Below, one piece after another: positions 1 to 9,641 of a DNA stretch of 64,000 bases; position 1 is the stretch's first letter; every line of letters starts with the position of its first letter. The notes below the pieces were generated by a model that saw only the letters and a program-made list of their open reading frames with translations, ran no database searches and had not been told where the DNA came from. Position numbers and translations under genes: made by a program. Source of the stretch: a candidate division FCPU426 bacterium (GTDB lineage Bacteria > Oederibacteriota > Muellerivitia > Muellerivitales > Muellerivitaceae); the NCBI GenBank assembly GCA_963771075.1, contig CAVYSE010000021.1, positions 1 through 64,000 on the forward strand. Reading direction: 5' to 3'.

Positions 1-6
1 TCCGCT

Positions 7-921
7 GCATGCATATCGGCAAAGTGCATGTAAAGTTACGGGTTTAGCAAGAGAACAAGCCGTCAAAGCCCGATGAAATAAGGAATCCGGGTCATGCCGT
101 CTGTTGAAGCGGTAAGTATATTCAGCCAAATAACGGCCGATGTACTTGGCGCTCACGCCGTGATGAGTTCCTTTGAGCCATGTCTTGGCGTTGGAAATGA
201 ACTTGTGAACCCAGGGCAACCAACGGTCAAAGGATTGCCCCTTTCCCGCCATTTTCTCGTATTCCACTTCTACGTTTTCCAGATGATTCAAACGAGAACT
301 GGCATCCCTGCGAATTCGAGACCCTTTTTGGACGGCCTCATTTACAAATTCTTTCGCCTTCTGTTGGGTTTCGTAAGCCACTTTTACCTTGGCAAAGCCC
401 GCTTTTGGTTTTTTGCGACCCTTTTCGTCTGTCCATTCCTTGCTTTCCACCCCAATAAGCACTTGGACCTCGTTGTAGGTCTTTCGTTTCCCAAACTGCG
501 CACCGTCCAACTCGATTAAACCCTTGAGTTGATAGCATTTTTCCCTTTGCGCTAGGGCTTCTCGTAACTTTTGCAACATCCCCCAAACGGTTTCGTATCC
601 CCTTCCCAAATGCCGTCTCAGTTCTTGGGCTGAAACGCCTCTTTTGCCTTGCATAACAAAGCCAATAGCCCTGATCCAGATAAGCAAAGGAAGCTTGGAA
701 TGCTCGAAAATAGTTCCTGCCCGTACTCGGATTTGTTTAAAACAAACGTCGCATTGCCTTATTTCGGACCGACGTTTGTGCTGCCAATAGTTTTCATTCT
801 CGCAATAGGGACAAACAAATTTTTTTCCACCAAAACGACACTTCCACACCCAATCGCGAGCCTTCTCTTCCGTATTGATCCCCTTGAAGATCTCAATGCT
901 TTTCATCCGCCGATAGGTCAT
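7..921 (-). pseudogene. IS1595-family transposase, frameshifted near the N-terminus
   Basis: Manual translation: ATG at 921 after a GAGGAGG RBS gives MTYRRMKSIEIF..., then a frameshift in the A/T run near 820, a zinc ribbon FVCPYC...QCDVC, the DDE motif GLIELDGAQFG and C-terminal YTYRFNRR. It is missing from the ORF track because the frame runs off the window edge. Confidence 0.8.
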
Positions 922-993
922 AAATTTCCTCCTCAGCGGAGAGTATACGCTTGTATTCCATTATTTCAACATGCACTTTGCCGATATGCATGC
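7..993 (-). mobile_element. IS1595-family insertion sequence (~987 bp)
   Basis: Perfect 25-bp terminal inverted repeats GCATGCATATCGGCAAAGTGCATGT (7-31) and ACATGCACTTTGCCGATATGCATGC (969-993) enclose an IS1595-type transposase on the minus strand. Flanks tccgct / gctccgcg are compatible with a partly visible target duplication. Confidence 0.85.
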
Positions 994-2624
994 GCTCCGC
1001 GACCGACGAAAATAAGGGTTTTTTGCTAAACGGGAAAATCCTGCTTTCCCTGGCCGATCTGGAAGACCTGGCCCTGGTAGAAAAGGCCCTACGGGAAGTC
1101 TTGGACGACTACCTGACCGAACCCCAGGTGAAGGGCCTGGTTGTCCATATCCAAGAAGGCGGAGCCGCGGAGGGCTACCGACCCACAGTTAAGTCTAAAG
1201 TTAAACCTGAGCCAGGCTCCCCGGCAAAGGGCCCTTCTGCCCCCACACCCCATCCATCCGGCGCTATGCCCAAAGATCAACCCGGTCCCCATCATGATAA
1301 GAAGCCTCATTCCACCCATTCCCAACCCCAAGGCAATGGATCGATAAATACGGCAATCAAGAAAGATCCGGGTGAGTCTCACGCCGATACCCCAATGGTA
1401 TCGGCACAGACAGGTCATGGTCGTCGCCTTGAGAGCGACGACCAGTCGTTATTTTGGGGCACAATGGCCGGCATCCCCTGGATCAAGGCCATTCGAGCCA
1501 AAATCAATGCAGGGCAAGACCTCGCCCTCTGGGAAAAGCTGTTCTTGGTGGCGGCCTTCTTTGGTCGGATCTTGCATTGGCTATGGCATACGACCTGGCC
1601 CATTGCCAAGAGGTTCTTTCAGCTGGGTTGGGCGAAACTTGAAAAGGGCTTTGAACAGCCATCCTTAGGCTCCTGGGGGAGGTGGTAGGCAAGCCCGCCA
1701 AGAAAATAGCCAAGGGCGTGGTAGGTATCGCCTTGGTGGTGGGCCTGGCCTATGGGCTTTATCTATTCTTCTTCCACCCGGCGGGTTTGAGGGGCTTGTT
1801 GAGCCGGACCGCCTCTGGGGTGATCCATTGGGTAGGGTCTTGGGTAAACCCTTGGGAAAGCGATAGTAAGGCTGTTCCTCAACCACTACCCACGACAATT
1901 CCAACCCCGGGAACTTCAAATCCAACACAAAGACACGAAGCCCCAAAGGAGGCACAGAATATCGCGTTTCGGTGAAACCCAAAACCCAGCTGGGCTTCCG
2001 CCACTCATATTTCGCCTAAAGCTTCCCTGACCCTCTGTTCCGAGGTCTCAAACCGAGGAACAAGGTTTGGGCGCGCCAATTCCGGAAAAGGGAATTGGTG
2101 CTCTGGCTGCGAACCGTCGACTGCCGAACTAAATCTGGCCCCATCGGCTACCGATAATAGACCTTCGACTAACCCTTCGGGCCAGTCCCAGTTGGACCTT
2201 CTCAACCAAATCAACGCGGAATCAAAAACCGCCCAGGCTTTCGCCCAGGTCTTTTACGCGGCGGATTACAACGACCTGTTGGGCAGGAGAACCAAACTCA
2301 ACAAATATTTGGGCCCAGGCTATTCCGGCGCTTTTTTCAAAGCCTTTCCAATCGGCTTTGAAGATCAAGGAAATCGGCGAACATAAGCTGGTCGAAAGTT
2401 TCAAACCCTCGGGCGACGCGAAACTATTGAGGTCGGACGATCAATCGGAGGAATTCCAAGTGGAGGGCACCTTGGTCACCCGGAGTGAGATGGATATTTC
2501 GGACCCCGTCACCACCCAAAAACCCTCGGGGCTCGTGATTGACCTCTCCCGTGAGCCGGAGTCGAAGGGGCTTGTGACCGGCGTGAGGGAAATGGTTTTT
2601 CCGGGAAAAAAGGGTAACCCGTAA
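994..2624 (+). pseudogene. Fragmented membrane-anchored protein gene(s), 5' end cut by the IS1595 element; function unknown
   Basis: Consecutive overlapping + strand ORFs (951-1688, 1682-1975, 2192-2386, 2358-2624) with transmembrane and Pro-rich segments, consistent with frameshift decay. Confidence 0.4.
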
Positions 2625-2700
2625 AACAATTCTTTAAGCACTTCATGAAAAGATCCAATTACAAAGAAATTATTTTAATACTCTTGCCTACTCATGGCGG

Positions 2701-2753
2701 CGGCCCCGAAAACGACCCCTTCAACCCTCCCCGCAGGGCGGTACGGCTGGCGG
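2701..2753 (+). repeat. 53-bp direct repeat, left copy (partner 14661-14713)
   Basis: cggccccgaaaacgaccccttcaaccctccccgcagggcggtacggctggcgg; 48/53 identical to the right copy by manual alignment. Confidence 0.85.
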
Positions 2754-2791
2754 CGCCGTGAGGGAAGCGGTTGTTTTAGCGGCCAAACTAG

Positions 2792-2817
2792 GGTGTCCAC
2801 TAAATCGGGGAAGTCCA
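2792..2817. mobile_element. Isolated IS3-family-like terminal inverted repeat remnant
   Basis: GGTGTCCACTAAATCGGGGAAGTCCA resembles IS3-family ends (TG...CA); no transposase is adjacent. Confidence 0.45.
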
Positions 2818-2852
2818 CATGACCAAAGGGGGTAAAATAGTCGTTATCGGGT

Positions 2853-2880
2853 TGTCCACGACGGGGACCGATCGCGGACA
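2853..2880 (+). repeat. Array site R1
   Basis: TGTCCACGACG GGGACC GATCGCGGACA. Confidence 0.9.
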
Positions 2881-2907
2881 GGTAAAAGACGTATGAAGGT
2901 GTAATGA

Positions 2908-3282
2908 ATGGAACATTTTTTTCTGTGGTTGAAGAAATTTTTCACAATTGACAGGTCGGCGATTTTTGTGGTTTTGGTAGTTATATTTTATTTCTTGATC
3001 CATATGAGCGCGGAACTTAATGATTGGTATACAAAGTGCGCGGCTCGATTACCGGTACCAACAACATTTTGTTTTTCAATTGGCGAACAGCTTCAATTTT
3101 TTAATCATTCGTGGGTGGTTTTACTAACTCTTCCCTTGTATGTCGGGGTGGTCTTTTTTTGCGAGAAGGTGATAAAAAAACTAGTTTGGTTGAAATAAGG
3201 ATTGATTATTATTTTTTTGGGCATTGTTTTAGGGCTAATAACCATTGCCATGTATATCCCCATGTTTCAGGTGGTGGAATAA
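2908..3282 (+). pseudogene. Small membrane protein with PilC/GspF-like motifs and an internal TAA at 3196-3198
   Basis: ORF 2908-3198 continues in frame after the stop as GLIIIFLGIVLGLITIAMYIPMFQVVE*, resembling the PilC/GspF C-terminus. It has an LPVPT motif, and its final stop overlaps site R2. Confidence 0.55.
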
Positions 3283-3309
3283 GTCCATGATGGGGACCCG
3301 CATTGGACA
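3282..3309 (+). repeat. Array site R2
   Basis: AGTCCATGATG GGGACC CGCATTGGACA. Confidence 0.9.
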
Positions 3310-3378
3310 GGATAATTTTAATGATCGAGCCGTTTCTAAAGAGTTGAAATCCAGGTTGGATATAGAAAGAATTCTTTC

Positions 3379-4152
3379 ATGACCACCCGAATCCTTAAAC
3401 CCTGGCCCGTTCTGGCGGACGTCATCGCTTCCATTGATCTTCATGACACCGCAACCACTGGCGAAGGTCCCGCCTATTCGGTTTTGCCCTCGCCCCAATT
3501 TGTCATGGGGTTTCAATTGCAAGGCCGTTTGAAAACGCTTCGTCCCGGGAGCGAAACAACCCTTACTCCCAGCGGCGTTACCGGACTCCAGGGGCAAAGC
3601 CGTCTTTATCAAGGGGTCGGCAAGACCCGGTCCATCCTGGTGCGTTTCAAACCCTGGGGGCCTTCCTGCTTTTTACCGGGGCCCATGGGCGAGCTGATGA
3701 ACGAAAGTGTGGACCTGCGCCAGTTGTGGGACCCGCAAGAAGTCAGCGACCTCGAAGATAAGCTTTATCACTCTACGCCCGGACCGGCGGTGGTCCTCTT
3801 GCAAACTTTTCTGGTCAAGCGCCGCCGGTTTCAAACCATCGATCCTCTGGCGCTCAACGCCGCCCAACGGTTCATCCTCAAAGCGGGTAATGTTTTGATC
3901 GGACGCATGGCCGGGGAACTGGCCACCACCGAACGTTCCCTCGAAAGACGGTTCCAGCAATGGATCGGCACCAGCCCCAAACGGTTCGCGGCCCTGCTGC
4001 GTTTCCAAAAAAGCATCCAAATGCTTCAGGAGGGGAAGGATGGGACAGAGGTGGCCTATGAGTGCGGCTATTTCGACCAGGCCCATTTCATCCAGGAATT
4101 CAAGAATTTTACCGGGGTTTCACCCCAAAAATATAAAACCGGGCTGCTTTAA
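3379..4152 (+). CDS. AraC-family transcriptional regulator
   Basis: C-terminal double HTH (SLERRFQQWIGTSPK...VAYECGYFDQAHFIQEFKNFTGVSP). Confidence 0.92.
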   Translation: MTTRILKPWPVLADVIASIDLHDTATTGEGPAYSVLPSPQFVMGFQLQGRLKTLRPGSETTLTPSGVTGLQGQSRLYQGVGKTRSILVRFKPWGPSCFLPGPMGELMNESVDLRQLWDPQEVSDLEDKLYHSTPGPAVVLLQTFLVKRRRFQTIDPLALNAAQRFILKAGNVLIGRMAGELATTERSLERRFQQWIGTSPKRFAALLRFQKSIQMLQEGKDGTEVAYECGYFDQAHFIQEFKNFTGVSPQKYKTGLL

Positions 4153-4237
4153 GATTGTCGGATTTTTCCAATAGGTTTTTTCCACACCTACCTAAAATTA
4201 TTCAAGTTGGTTTATTACATCAAACAGGAGGACGCAA

Positions 4238-4900
4238 ATGAAAACGGAACAAAGGGCAGAGGTTTTGATCAATGTGCACAAGGGACTACGCCGGGGGCTG
4301 TTGGGCCTGGCGCTCAAGCTGGGCGCCTTGGACTGGCAGGATCAGGAAGAGGTCAAGGCGGCCGGGGAAGATTTCGCCACCATGCTTCACTTTTTAATGG
4401 AACACGCGGCCAACGAGGACCAGATCCAATTTCCGATGCTGGAAAATAAGGTGCCCGGGGCCGCCTGTCGGGAAATGGAAGAACACCATCGTCTGGAAGC
4501 GCAGATCGACGATTTGGAAAAACAATGGGCGCGGCTGGCTGTGGAAACGGATAAATCCAAGCCGGGTTACGCCTTCTATCTGGCCTATAACCGGTTCCTT
4601 TCGGATTATCTGGCCCACATGGACCACGAAGAGACGGATCTGACCGACGCCCTTTATCAAAATTTCACCGACGCTGAAATCGAGGCGGAGTTCAAAAAAA
4701 TCATCGCCCGCACCCAGCCCGCGGACATGGGCATGATGCTGGGCTATATGATCCCGGGGATGAATCCGGCGGAGAGGGCCCAGTTCCTTTCCAAGCTTCA
4801 AAAGACCGCGCCGGCGCCGGTTTTTGAGAAAGTGAAAGGATTGGCCCAAAAGGTTCTGTCTTCCGGCGATTGGGAAAAGCTATCAGCTCGGTTAGGATAA
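4238..4900 (+). CDS. Hemerythrin/HHE cation-binding domain protein
   Basis: VHKGLRR, HAANED, EEHH and HMDHEE motifs; AGGAGG RBS. Confidence 0.85.
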   Translation: MKTEQRAEVLINVHKGLRRGLLGLALKLGALDWQDQEEVKAAGEDFATMLHFLMEHAANEDQIQFPMLENKVPGAACREMEEHHRLEAQIDDLEKQWARLAVETDKSKPGYAFYLAYNRFLSDYLAHMDHEETDLTDALYQNFTDAEIEAEFKKIIARTQPADMGMMLGYMIPGMNPAERAQFLSKLQKTAPAPVFEKVKGLAQKVLSSGDWEKLSARLG

Positions 4901-4928
4901 CCGTGATGGGGAAAACCGCTACTAATGT

Positions 4929-4956
4929 TGTCCACGACGGGGACCTGTAGTGGACA
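4929..4956 (+). repeat. Array site R3
   Basis: TGTCCACGACG GGGACC TGTAGTGGACA, flanked by GT...AC. Confidence 0.92.
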
Positions 4957-5002
4957 ACTAAAAACCCTATGAGGGATAGTCTAATGATAAGAAACCCAAA
5001 CC

Positions 5003-5031
5003 TTGACGACTCCCTATTTATTGTATATACT
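5003..5031 (+). promoter_or_regulatory. Sigma70-type promoter of brnTA, probably leaderless
   Basis: TTGACG-17 bp-TATACT, with the ATG 6 nt after the -10 box. Confidence 0.65.
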
Positions 5032-5037
5032 AATATT

Positions 5038-5319
5038 ATGAGATTTGATTGGAACTCCGCTAAGGACGAAGCTAACTTTAAGAAACACGGCGTTTCATTC
5101 AAAACAGCTATCTCGGCCTTTGATGATCCATATGCCCTGGTAGCCGCTGACCCTAAGCATTCCACCACTGAATCCAGGGAATGGTTGATTGGAGAAGCTG
5201 ACGGTGGAAAGGTTCTGGTGGTAGTTTTCACCAAACGCTTACAAGGCCAGATCTGTCGCATCATCAGCGCAAGGCCGGCAAGCCGTCGGGAAAGGAACCG
5301 TTATGAAGAGCTCAAATGA
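5038..5319 (+). CDS. brnT: BrnT-family toxin
   Basis: MRFDWNSAKDEANFKKHGVSF...RIISARPA signature. Confidence 0.92.
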   Translation: MRFDWNSAKDEANFKKHGVSFKTAISAFDDPYALVAADPKHSTTESREWLIGEADGGKVLVVVFTKRLQGQICRIISARPASRRERNRYEELK

Positions 5320-5593
5320 ATTTCCGTTTCACAAGGCAAGAAGGTTGACTCCCGGAGAAGTGGAGAAGAACCGTCAGGCGATCGAACATCACACTGGCAA
5401 ACCGCGCCGTCCGCGTGGCCGACCCGCTAAAGAGCCTCATGAGCTTTATTTGCCGGTTTCCATTCGCCTTAATCCGAAAACCTTAGAATGGGCCAAGAGA
5501 ATTGGCCGACAAAGAGGCATTGGATACCAAACCGTCATCAACGAAGCCTTATTGAGTGTTGCCGGAGAAAAGAAATTTTCCCACGCGCATTAA
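5303..5593 (+). CDS. brnA: BrnA-family antitoxin
   Basis: RGRP...VSIRL...GYQTVIN motif; overlaps brnT. Confidence 0.88.
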   Translation: MKSSNEFPFHKARRLTPGEVEKNRQAIEHHTGKPRRPRGRPAKEPHELYLPVSIRLNPKTLEWAKRIGRQRGIGYQTVINEALLSVAGEKKFSHAH

Positions 5594-5607
5594 GGCTTTC
5601 CGGAGCT

Positions 5608-5635
5608 TGTCCACGACGGGGACCCATCGTGGACA
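5608..5635 (+). repeat. Array site R4
   Basis: TGTCCACGACG GGGACC CATCGTGGACA. Confidence 0.92.
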
Positions 5636-5655
5636 GATGAAAAGAAAGGAATCGA

Positions 5656-5992
5656 ATGAATATAAAAGGATTTAAAGATTCTATTTGTAGACTTCCTCCA
5701 AAATATTCTTTTTGTGGGATTGTTGGCCATAATTTCAATTGTTTATGTCAAAAATGCCCTTGAATTAGATCACCATGGAAGAATCGGGAATGGAATTTTT
5801 TGGTTGATATGGGGATCGGTTTTTTATTTATTGGTTTGTATTAAGCCTTTAATGAAATGGATGTACCAGATGCAAATGGATTGGATTAAGAAAAAGAAAA
5901 CTTTTGAAGACTTTCAAAAAGATGGCCAAAAAGCCTTTTACACCGCCGTCTATTTTGCTCTCATTAATTTTATTTTAGCTTTTTTCTATTAA
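5656..5992 (+). CDS. Hypothetical membrane protein, probably frameshifted in the T-run near 5709-5713
   Basis: An ATG at 5656 after an AAGGA RBS is out of frame with the hydrophobic ORF 5714-5992. Confidence 0.55.
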
Positions 5993-6021
5993 AGGAAATT
6001 TTGCAATTACCCATTTAAAGT

Positions 6022-6049
6022 TGTTCACGACGGGGATCCGGATTGGACA
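6022..6049 (+). repeat. Array site R5
   Basis: TGTTCACGACG GGGATC CGGATTGGACA. Confidence 0.88.
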
Positions 6050-6104
6050 AAGATTTTGTAAGACTTAGCCGCTTTTTTTAAGGTTTAATTTATTCGGAGG
6101 CTTT

Positions 6105-7016
6105 TTGAACTCTTTTCTTATCATTCTTACCTTTTTATCAGGACTTTCCGTGCAGGCCTATTTTTTTACCCAGGGATTACCCAAACCATCCGAAAGGCGA
6201 CGCTGGCTACTCTTAGTTTTTTCTATTTCCCTATTATTGGTCCTTCTTCCAATGGACATCCCCGATCTTATAGGGGGAAAACCATGGGTCGAAATCGCTT
6301 ATAGCTCATTCATCGTTTTGACTTTGGTTTTTTGCCTTGTGACCACCGGCATTTTATTCATGGACAAAACCGTACCTTCAATTGGCCAAGCAAATATACT
6401 TTCTTTTACGATGATTTTTTGGCTTGTTTGTTTTAAACACTTTGACGGTTTTGGGTTAGGGACATCATTTTTAATTTCTTTCGGCAGTGTCGCCACTCTT
6501 GGGACACTGCTCGTTATTCTTTTAAAGGCGCAATTGAATTTTTTAGGAAAACTTTTCTTTTACAGTTGGTTTTTGTTTATCAATGTTTATCTTTGTAGTT
6601 TCCAGGTTCTTTTAGGAGATTTTAGGCTAGTGGATATGGATAGGGGATGGGAATTCCTGGGTCATTACCACTATCTATCCGCGTTCTTTTCAGGAATGGC
6701 GATCCTGTTCTTTACTGTCTATGGATTTTATTTTTCCCTGGCCTTGGGATCCCTCGTCAAATTGGCCTTTAAGGGGAGCCGACAAGCCAAAGCGAAGGGT
6801 GGTAAAAAATGGGAAGATGCGGAAATGATGATAAGCCATCTTTCGGACTATCAAATTGGCATAAAAGAAGCGCTTCTCATCATACTTTTTCAAGGCGGTC
6901 TTTATTTGTTAAATGAATGGCATCCTTTTTTCTCAGTGCCGTTGCTGGTTAATTTTTCGATCGTCGTCTTGCCATTTGTTTTAAGATGGATTTTCCAATC
7001 CATTTCCAAACTATAA
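6105..7016 (+). CDS. Hypothetical multi-pass membrane protein
   Basis: 303-aa hydrophobic AT-rich ORF; GGAGG RBS before a TTG start. Confidence 0.8.
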   Translation: MNSFLIILTFLSGLSVQAYFFTQGLPKPSERRRWLLLVFSISLLLVLLPMDIPDLIGGKPWVEIAYSSFIVLTLVFCLVTTGILFMDKTVPSIGQANILSFTMIFWLVCFKHFDGFGLGTSFLISFGSVATLGTLLVILLKAQLNFLGKLFFYSWFLFINVYLCSFQVLLGDFRLVDMDRGWEFLGHYHYLSAFFSGMAILFFTVYGFYFSLALGSLVKLAFKGSRQAKAKGGKKWEDAEMMISHLSDYQIGIKEALLIILFQGGLYLLNEWHPFFSVPLLVNFSIVVLPFVLRWIFQSISKL

Positions 7017-7019
7017 GGT

Positions 7020-7047
7020 TGTCCATGACGGGGACCCGTATTGGACG
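7020..7047 (+). repeat. Array site R6
   Basis: TGTCCATGACG GGGACC CGTATTGGACG. Confidence 0.88.
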
Positions 7048-7140
7048 ATCCTTTTTAACCCAAAGAGTTAAAATGGGTTCCGAAGGTCTGCCAGAGGGGG
7101 AGGTGGACAAACCATATTCGAAGTGAAAAAAGGAGAATCT

Positions 7141-7647
7141 ATGCTGGCAAAAAAAATCGCCTTGGGATTCGGAATCGCGTTGGTTTTTCCATTGCTTATT
7201 CATTTCGGGGTCAGCTCATTTGTTCATGAACCGAAATGGAAAGATTACCACAAGAATGATTATCAAGATTTGAGCGCAATGCCTCAAGCGGAACGATCCG
7301 CGGCCATTGAGGAAAGAAACAAAAAGCAAAAAGAAAATCAGGACGCGTTCGATAAAGCGAAATCTAGTTTTGACCAAATATTGTTTTGGGTCGCGCTCCC
7401 GATCGGGTTGATCGCCATAGTTGTTGGCGCTTTTCTCGCAGCTCAAGGCATCGGGACCGGCCTCGTTTTCGGAGGAATTTTTACGCTCATTGACGGCTAT
7501 GGGAATAACTGGAATGACATAGATGATAGGCTCAAATTTTTGTCATTACTCGTCACTTTCATCATTCTCATTTTCGTTGGCTATAAGAAAATTGAAAACA
7601 AAGCAAAAAAAGACGCAGCTCCCCAAAACCCGCCCAACATTAGCTGA
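7141..7647 (+). CDS. Hypothetical membrane protein
   Basis: AAGGAG RBS, ATG at 7141, about four hydrophobic segments. Confidence 0.8.
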   Translation: MLAKKIALGFGIALVFPLLIHFGVSSFVHEPKWKDYHKNDYQDLSAMPQAERSAAIEERNKKQKENQDAFDKAKSSFDQILFWVALPIGLIAIVVGAFLAAQGIGTGLVFGGIFTLIDGYGNNWNDIDDRLKFLSLLVTFIILIFVGYKKIENKAKKDAAPQNPPNIS

Positions 7648-7662
7648 ATCGTAAACGAACCT

Positions 7663-9639
7663 GCAGAGTAGAGCGCTGGCGCGTATGCCTTAGAGTACGG
7701 TGGCGAATCCAACCCTTTCGGATTGGGCCTCAGTCCGGCTCTCATCACCACGTTTCCAGCGCCCCCTCATCAAACCGTACGTGACCTTTTCGATCATACG
7801 GCTTTCCGACAACCTTTCAACCGGCAGCATTCAAGGCAAAAGCTGGAATCCAGTTCAAACCAAGGCGTTTCACTTCCTCGATCGACCATGTTCGTCCTTC
7901 CCAGGCGTACTTATGCCTCCGAAACAAAGTCAGCCTTTCGAGTACGTAAAATTGAAGCTTGGAAAAGTATGGCTGGCTGTCCCCAATTCGGAAATAGTTG
8001 GCCCACCCCCTTAACACCGGGTTCAAAGCCTTCGCTACATCCTCCATTGGAGATAAGAGCCGCTCTCGGCCCGCCGTCATCTGCTTCACTTTCTCGGCGA
8101 TTTTCTTCATGGCCTTCCGGCTCGGCCAGCTCAGGCAACAGGTCTTACCCAATCCTACCACCGGCATACCTACTCGAAAGTGGAACCCAAGGAAGTCAAA
8201 CCCTTCCTTCCCAGGCCCCATTTCCACCAGCCGTGTCTTTTCGGGGTGCAGTTCAAGCCCTAGTCGTCCCATCAATTCCTTGATGACTTCCAGGCTCTTT
8301 TCCGCATGGGCTTGGCTTCCGCACAACACCACAAAATCGTCGGCGTAGCGCACCAGCCTACCCAGTTTCCTGTGCCTCTTATTCCAAACCTTGTCCAGCA
8401 AGTGAAGGTAAACATTGGATAACAGCGGTGAGATCACCCCGCCTTGCGGTGTCCCTCGGAGAGTCGGCGTAAGCCTTCCTTCCTCAAACACACCCGCCTT
8501 CAGCCACCCTCGGATCAGTTTCAAAACCTTCCGGTCACTGATCCTCTGGCGCACCAGCACCATCAGTTTGTCGTGGTCGATGGAATCGAAATACTTCCGA
8601 ATATCTCCATCCACCACCCATCTGTACCCGCCATTGATCCACTTCTTGATCTCCCGGTGGGCCTGCTGGGCTCCGCGTTTTGGCCGAAATCCAAACGAGC
8701 CTTCCAGAAAGTCCGCCTCAAAGATGGGTTCCACCACCTTCCGGCAAGCCGCTTGAACTACCCGATCCCGAATTACCGGGATTCCCAACGGTCTCTTGCT
8801 TCCATCAGGCTTGGGTATTTCCACTCGTCTCACAGGTTTAGGCAGATACTTCCCAGCTTTGAGTTCTTCCTGGATGCCCTTCAGGAATGGAATAATTCCC
8901 ACCTTCTCTTCGATCCATTCCAGCGTTTCCCCGTCCACTCCTCCTTGGCCTTTATTAGCCTTCACCTGTTTCCATGCCGCTGTCAGGACATCCCATCGGG
9001 TCATCCTGTCATGCAGTACATGAAATCTCCGGCTTGGGCTCCTCTTGGCCGCTCGGTATAGCGCCCTTTGAAGGGTTCGCGCCTTGTCTTCGGAGTTGTT
9101 GGCCCTTTGGGGCATGCTCCAGCGCCTCCCTTTTGAAGGTTGCTTGGTTGAAGCAGGGGTCCTTCCCTCCAGGTGGTTTTGTTGTCCACCCTTCACAGGT
9201 ATTGTGACCCCCTCCGACTTCCTCCCGCCCTTGCCCCTTTTCGGTTTTAGCCTTATAGCGGCAAGTCTTTTGGCGGGTAGGATCTCCCAGGTTGCTTGCA
9301 AAGCCTTTCCAGCATTCCGTTCCCCATACGCCGGAGGACTTGCCCCGCTTGCTCCAGATTCTTCAGCGGGATCGTGGCCTTCGCCGGTAGACACGCGGCT
9401 CGGCATCCTCTTGCACCTTTCGGTGTCCCATTCACGACGCGGCAGGATTCACTTGATGTTGCGGACTGCTAGATTGTTCCCTCACTGAATGAGGTTTATG
9501 ACCCCGTTTCGGGCAGAACCTCTCGGTCCTACGCCGGGGGCTGACTTCCAGGCTCTCTGGCGATTACCTGGTCAGGATTTGGGCTGGCCCTCTTCGGCCT
9601 ACTCCCTCACCTGCTGGCTCTACAAACCTTCGCTGGCAC
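7663..9639 (-). mobile_element. Group II intron (ribozyme plus RT/maturase)
   Basis: 5' end GTGCCAGCG at 9639; domain V GAAAGCCGTATGATCGAAAAGGTCACGTACGGTTTGATGAGGGG just after the RT stop; domain VI ending ...GCGCTCTACTCTGC near 7663 (3' end uncertain by 1-2 nt). Confidence 0.9.
7817..9115 (-). CDS. ltrA: Group II intron reverse transcriptase/maturase, no endonuclease domain
   Basis: NKGQGGVDG, RPLGIP, GTPQGGVISPLLSN, RYADDF and maturase RGWANYF motifs. Likely start MPQRANN at 9115. Confidence 0.95.
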   Translation of the reverse strand: MPQRANNSEDKARTLQRALYRAAKRSPSRRFHVLHDRMTRWDVLTAAWKQVKANKGQGGVDGETLEWIEEKVGIIPFLKGIQEELKAGKYLPKPVRRVEIPKPDGSKRPLGIPVIRDRVVQAACRKVVEPIFEADFLEGSFGFRPKRGAQQAHREIKKWINGGYRWVVDGDIRKYFDSIDHDKLMVLVRQRISDRKVLKLIRGWLKAGVFEEGRLTPTLRGTPQGGVISPLLSNVYLHLLDKVWNKRHRKLGRLVRYADDFVVLCGSQAHAEKSLEVIKELMGRLGLELHPEKTRLVEMGPGKEGFDFLGFHFRVGMPVVGLGKTCCLSWPSRKAMKKIAEKVKQMTAGRERLLSPMEDVAKALNPVLRGWANYFRIGDSQPYFSKLQFYVLERLTLFRRHKYAWEGRTWSIEEVKRLGLNWIPAFALNAAG

Positions 9640-9641
9640 GA

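Noticed and set aside
94..1029. + strand ORFs 94-519 and 649-1029
   Set aside because: They are antisense shadows of the IS1595 transposase.
7817..9406. RT as a retron, DGR or defence RT; 529-aa ORF start
   Set aside because: The maturase domain, intron 5' end and domains V/VI identify a group II intron. The first ~97 codons of the long ORF are intron RNA sequence.
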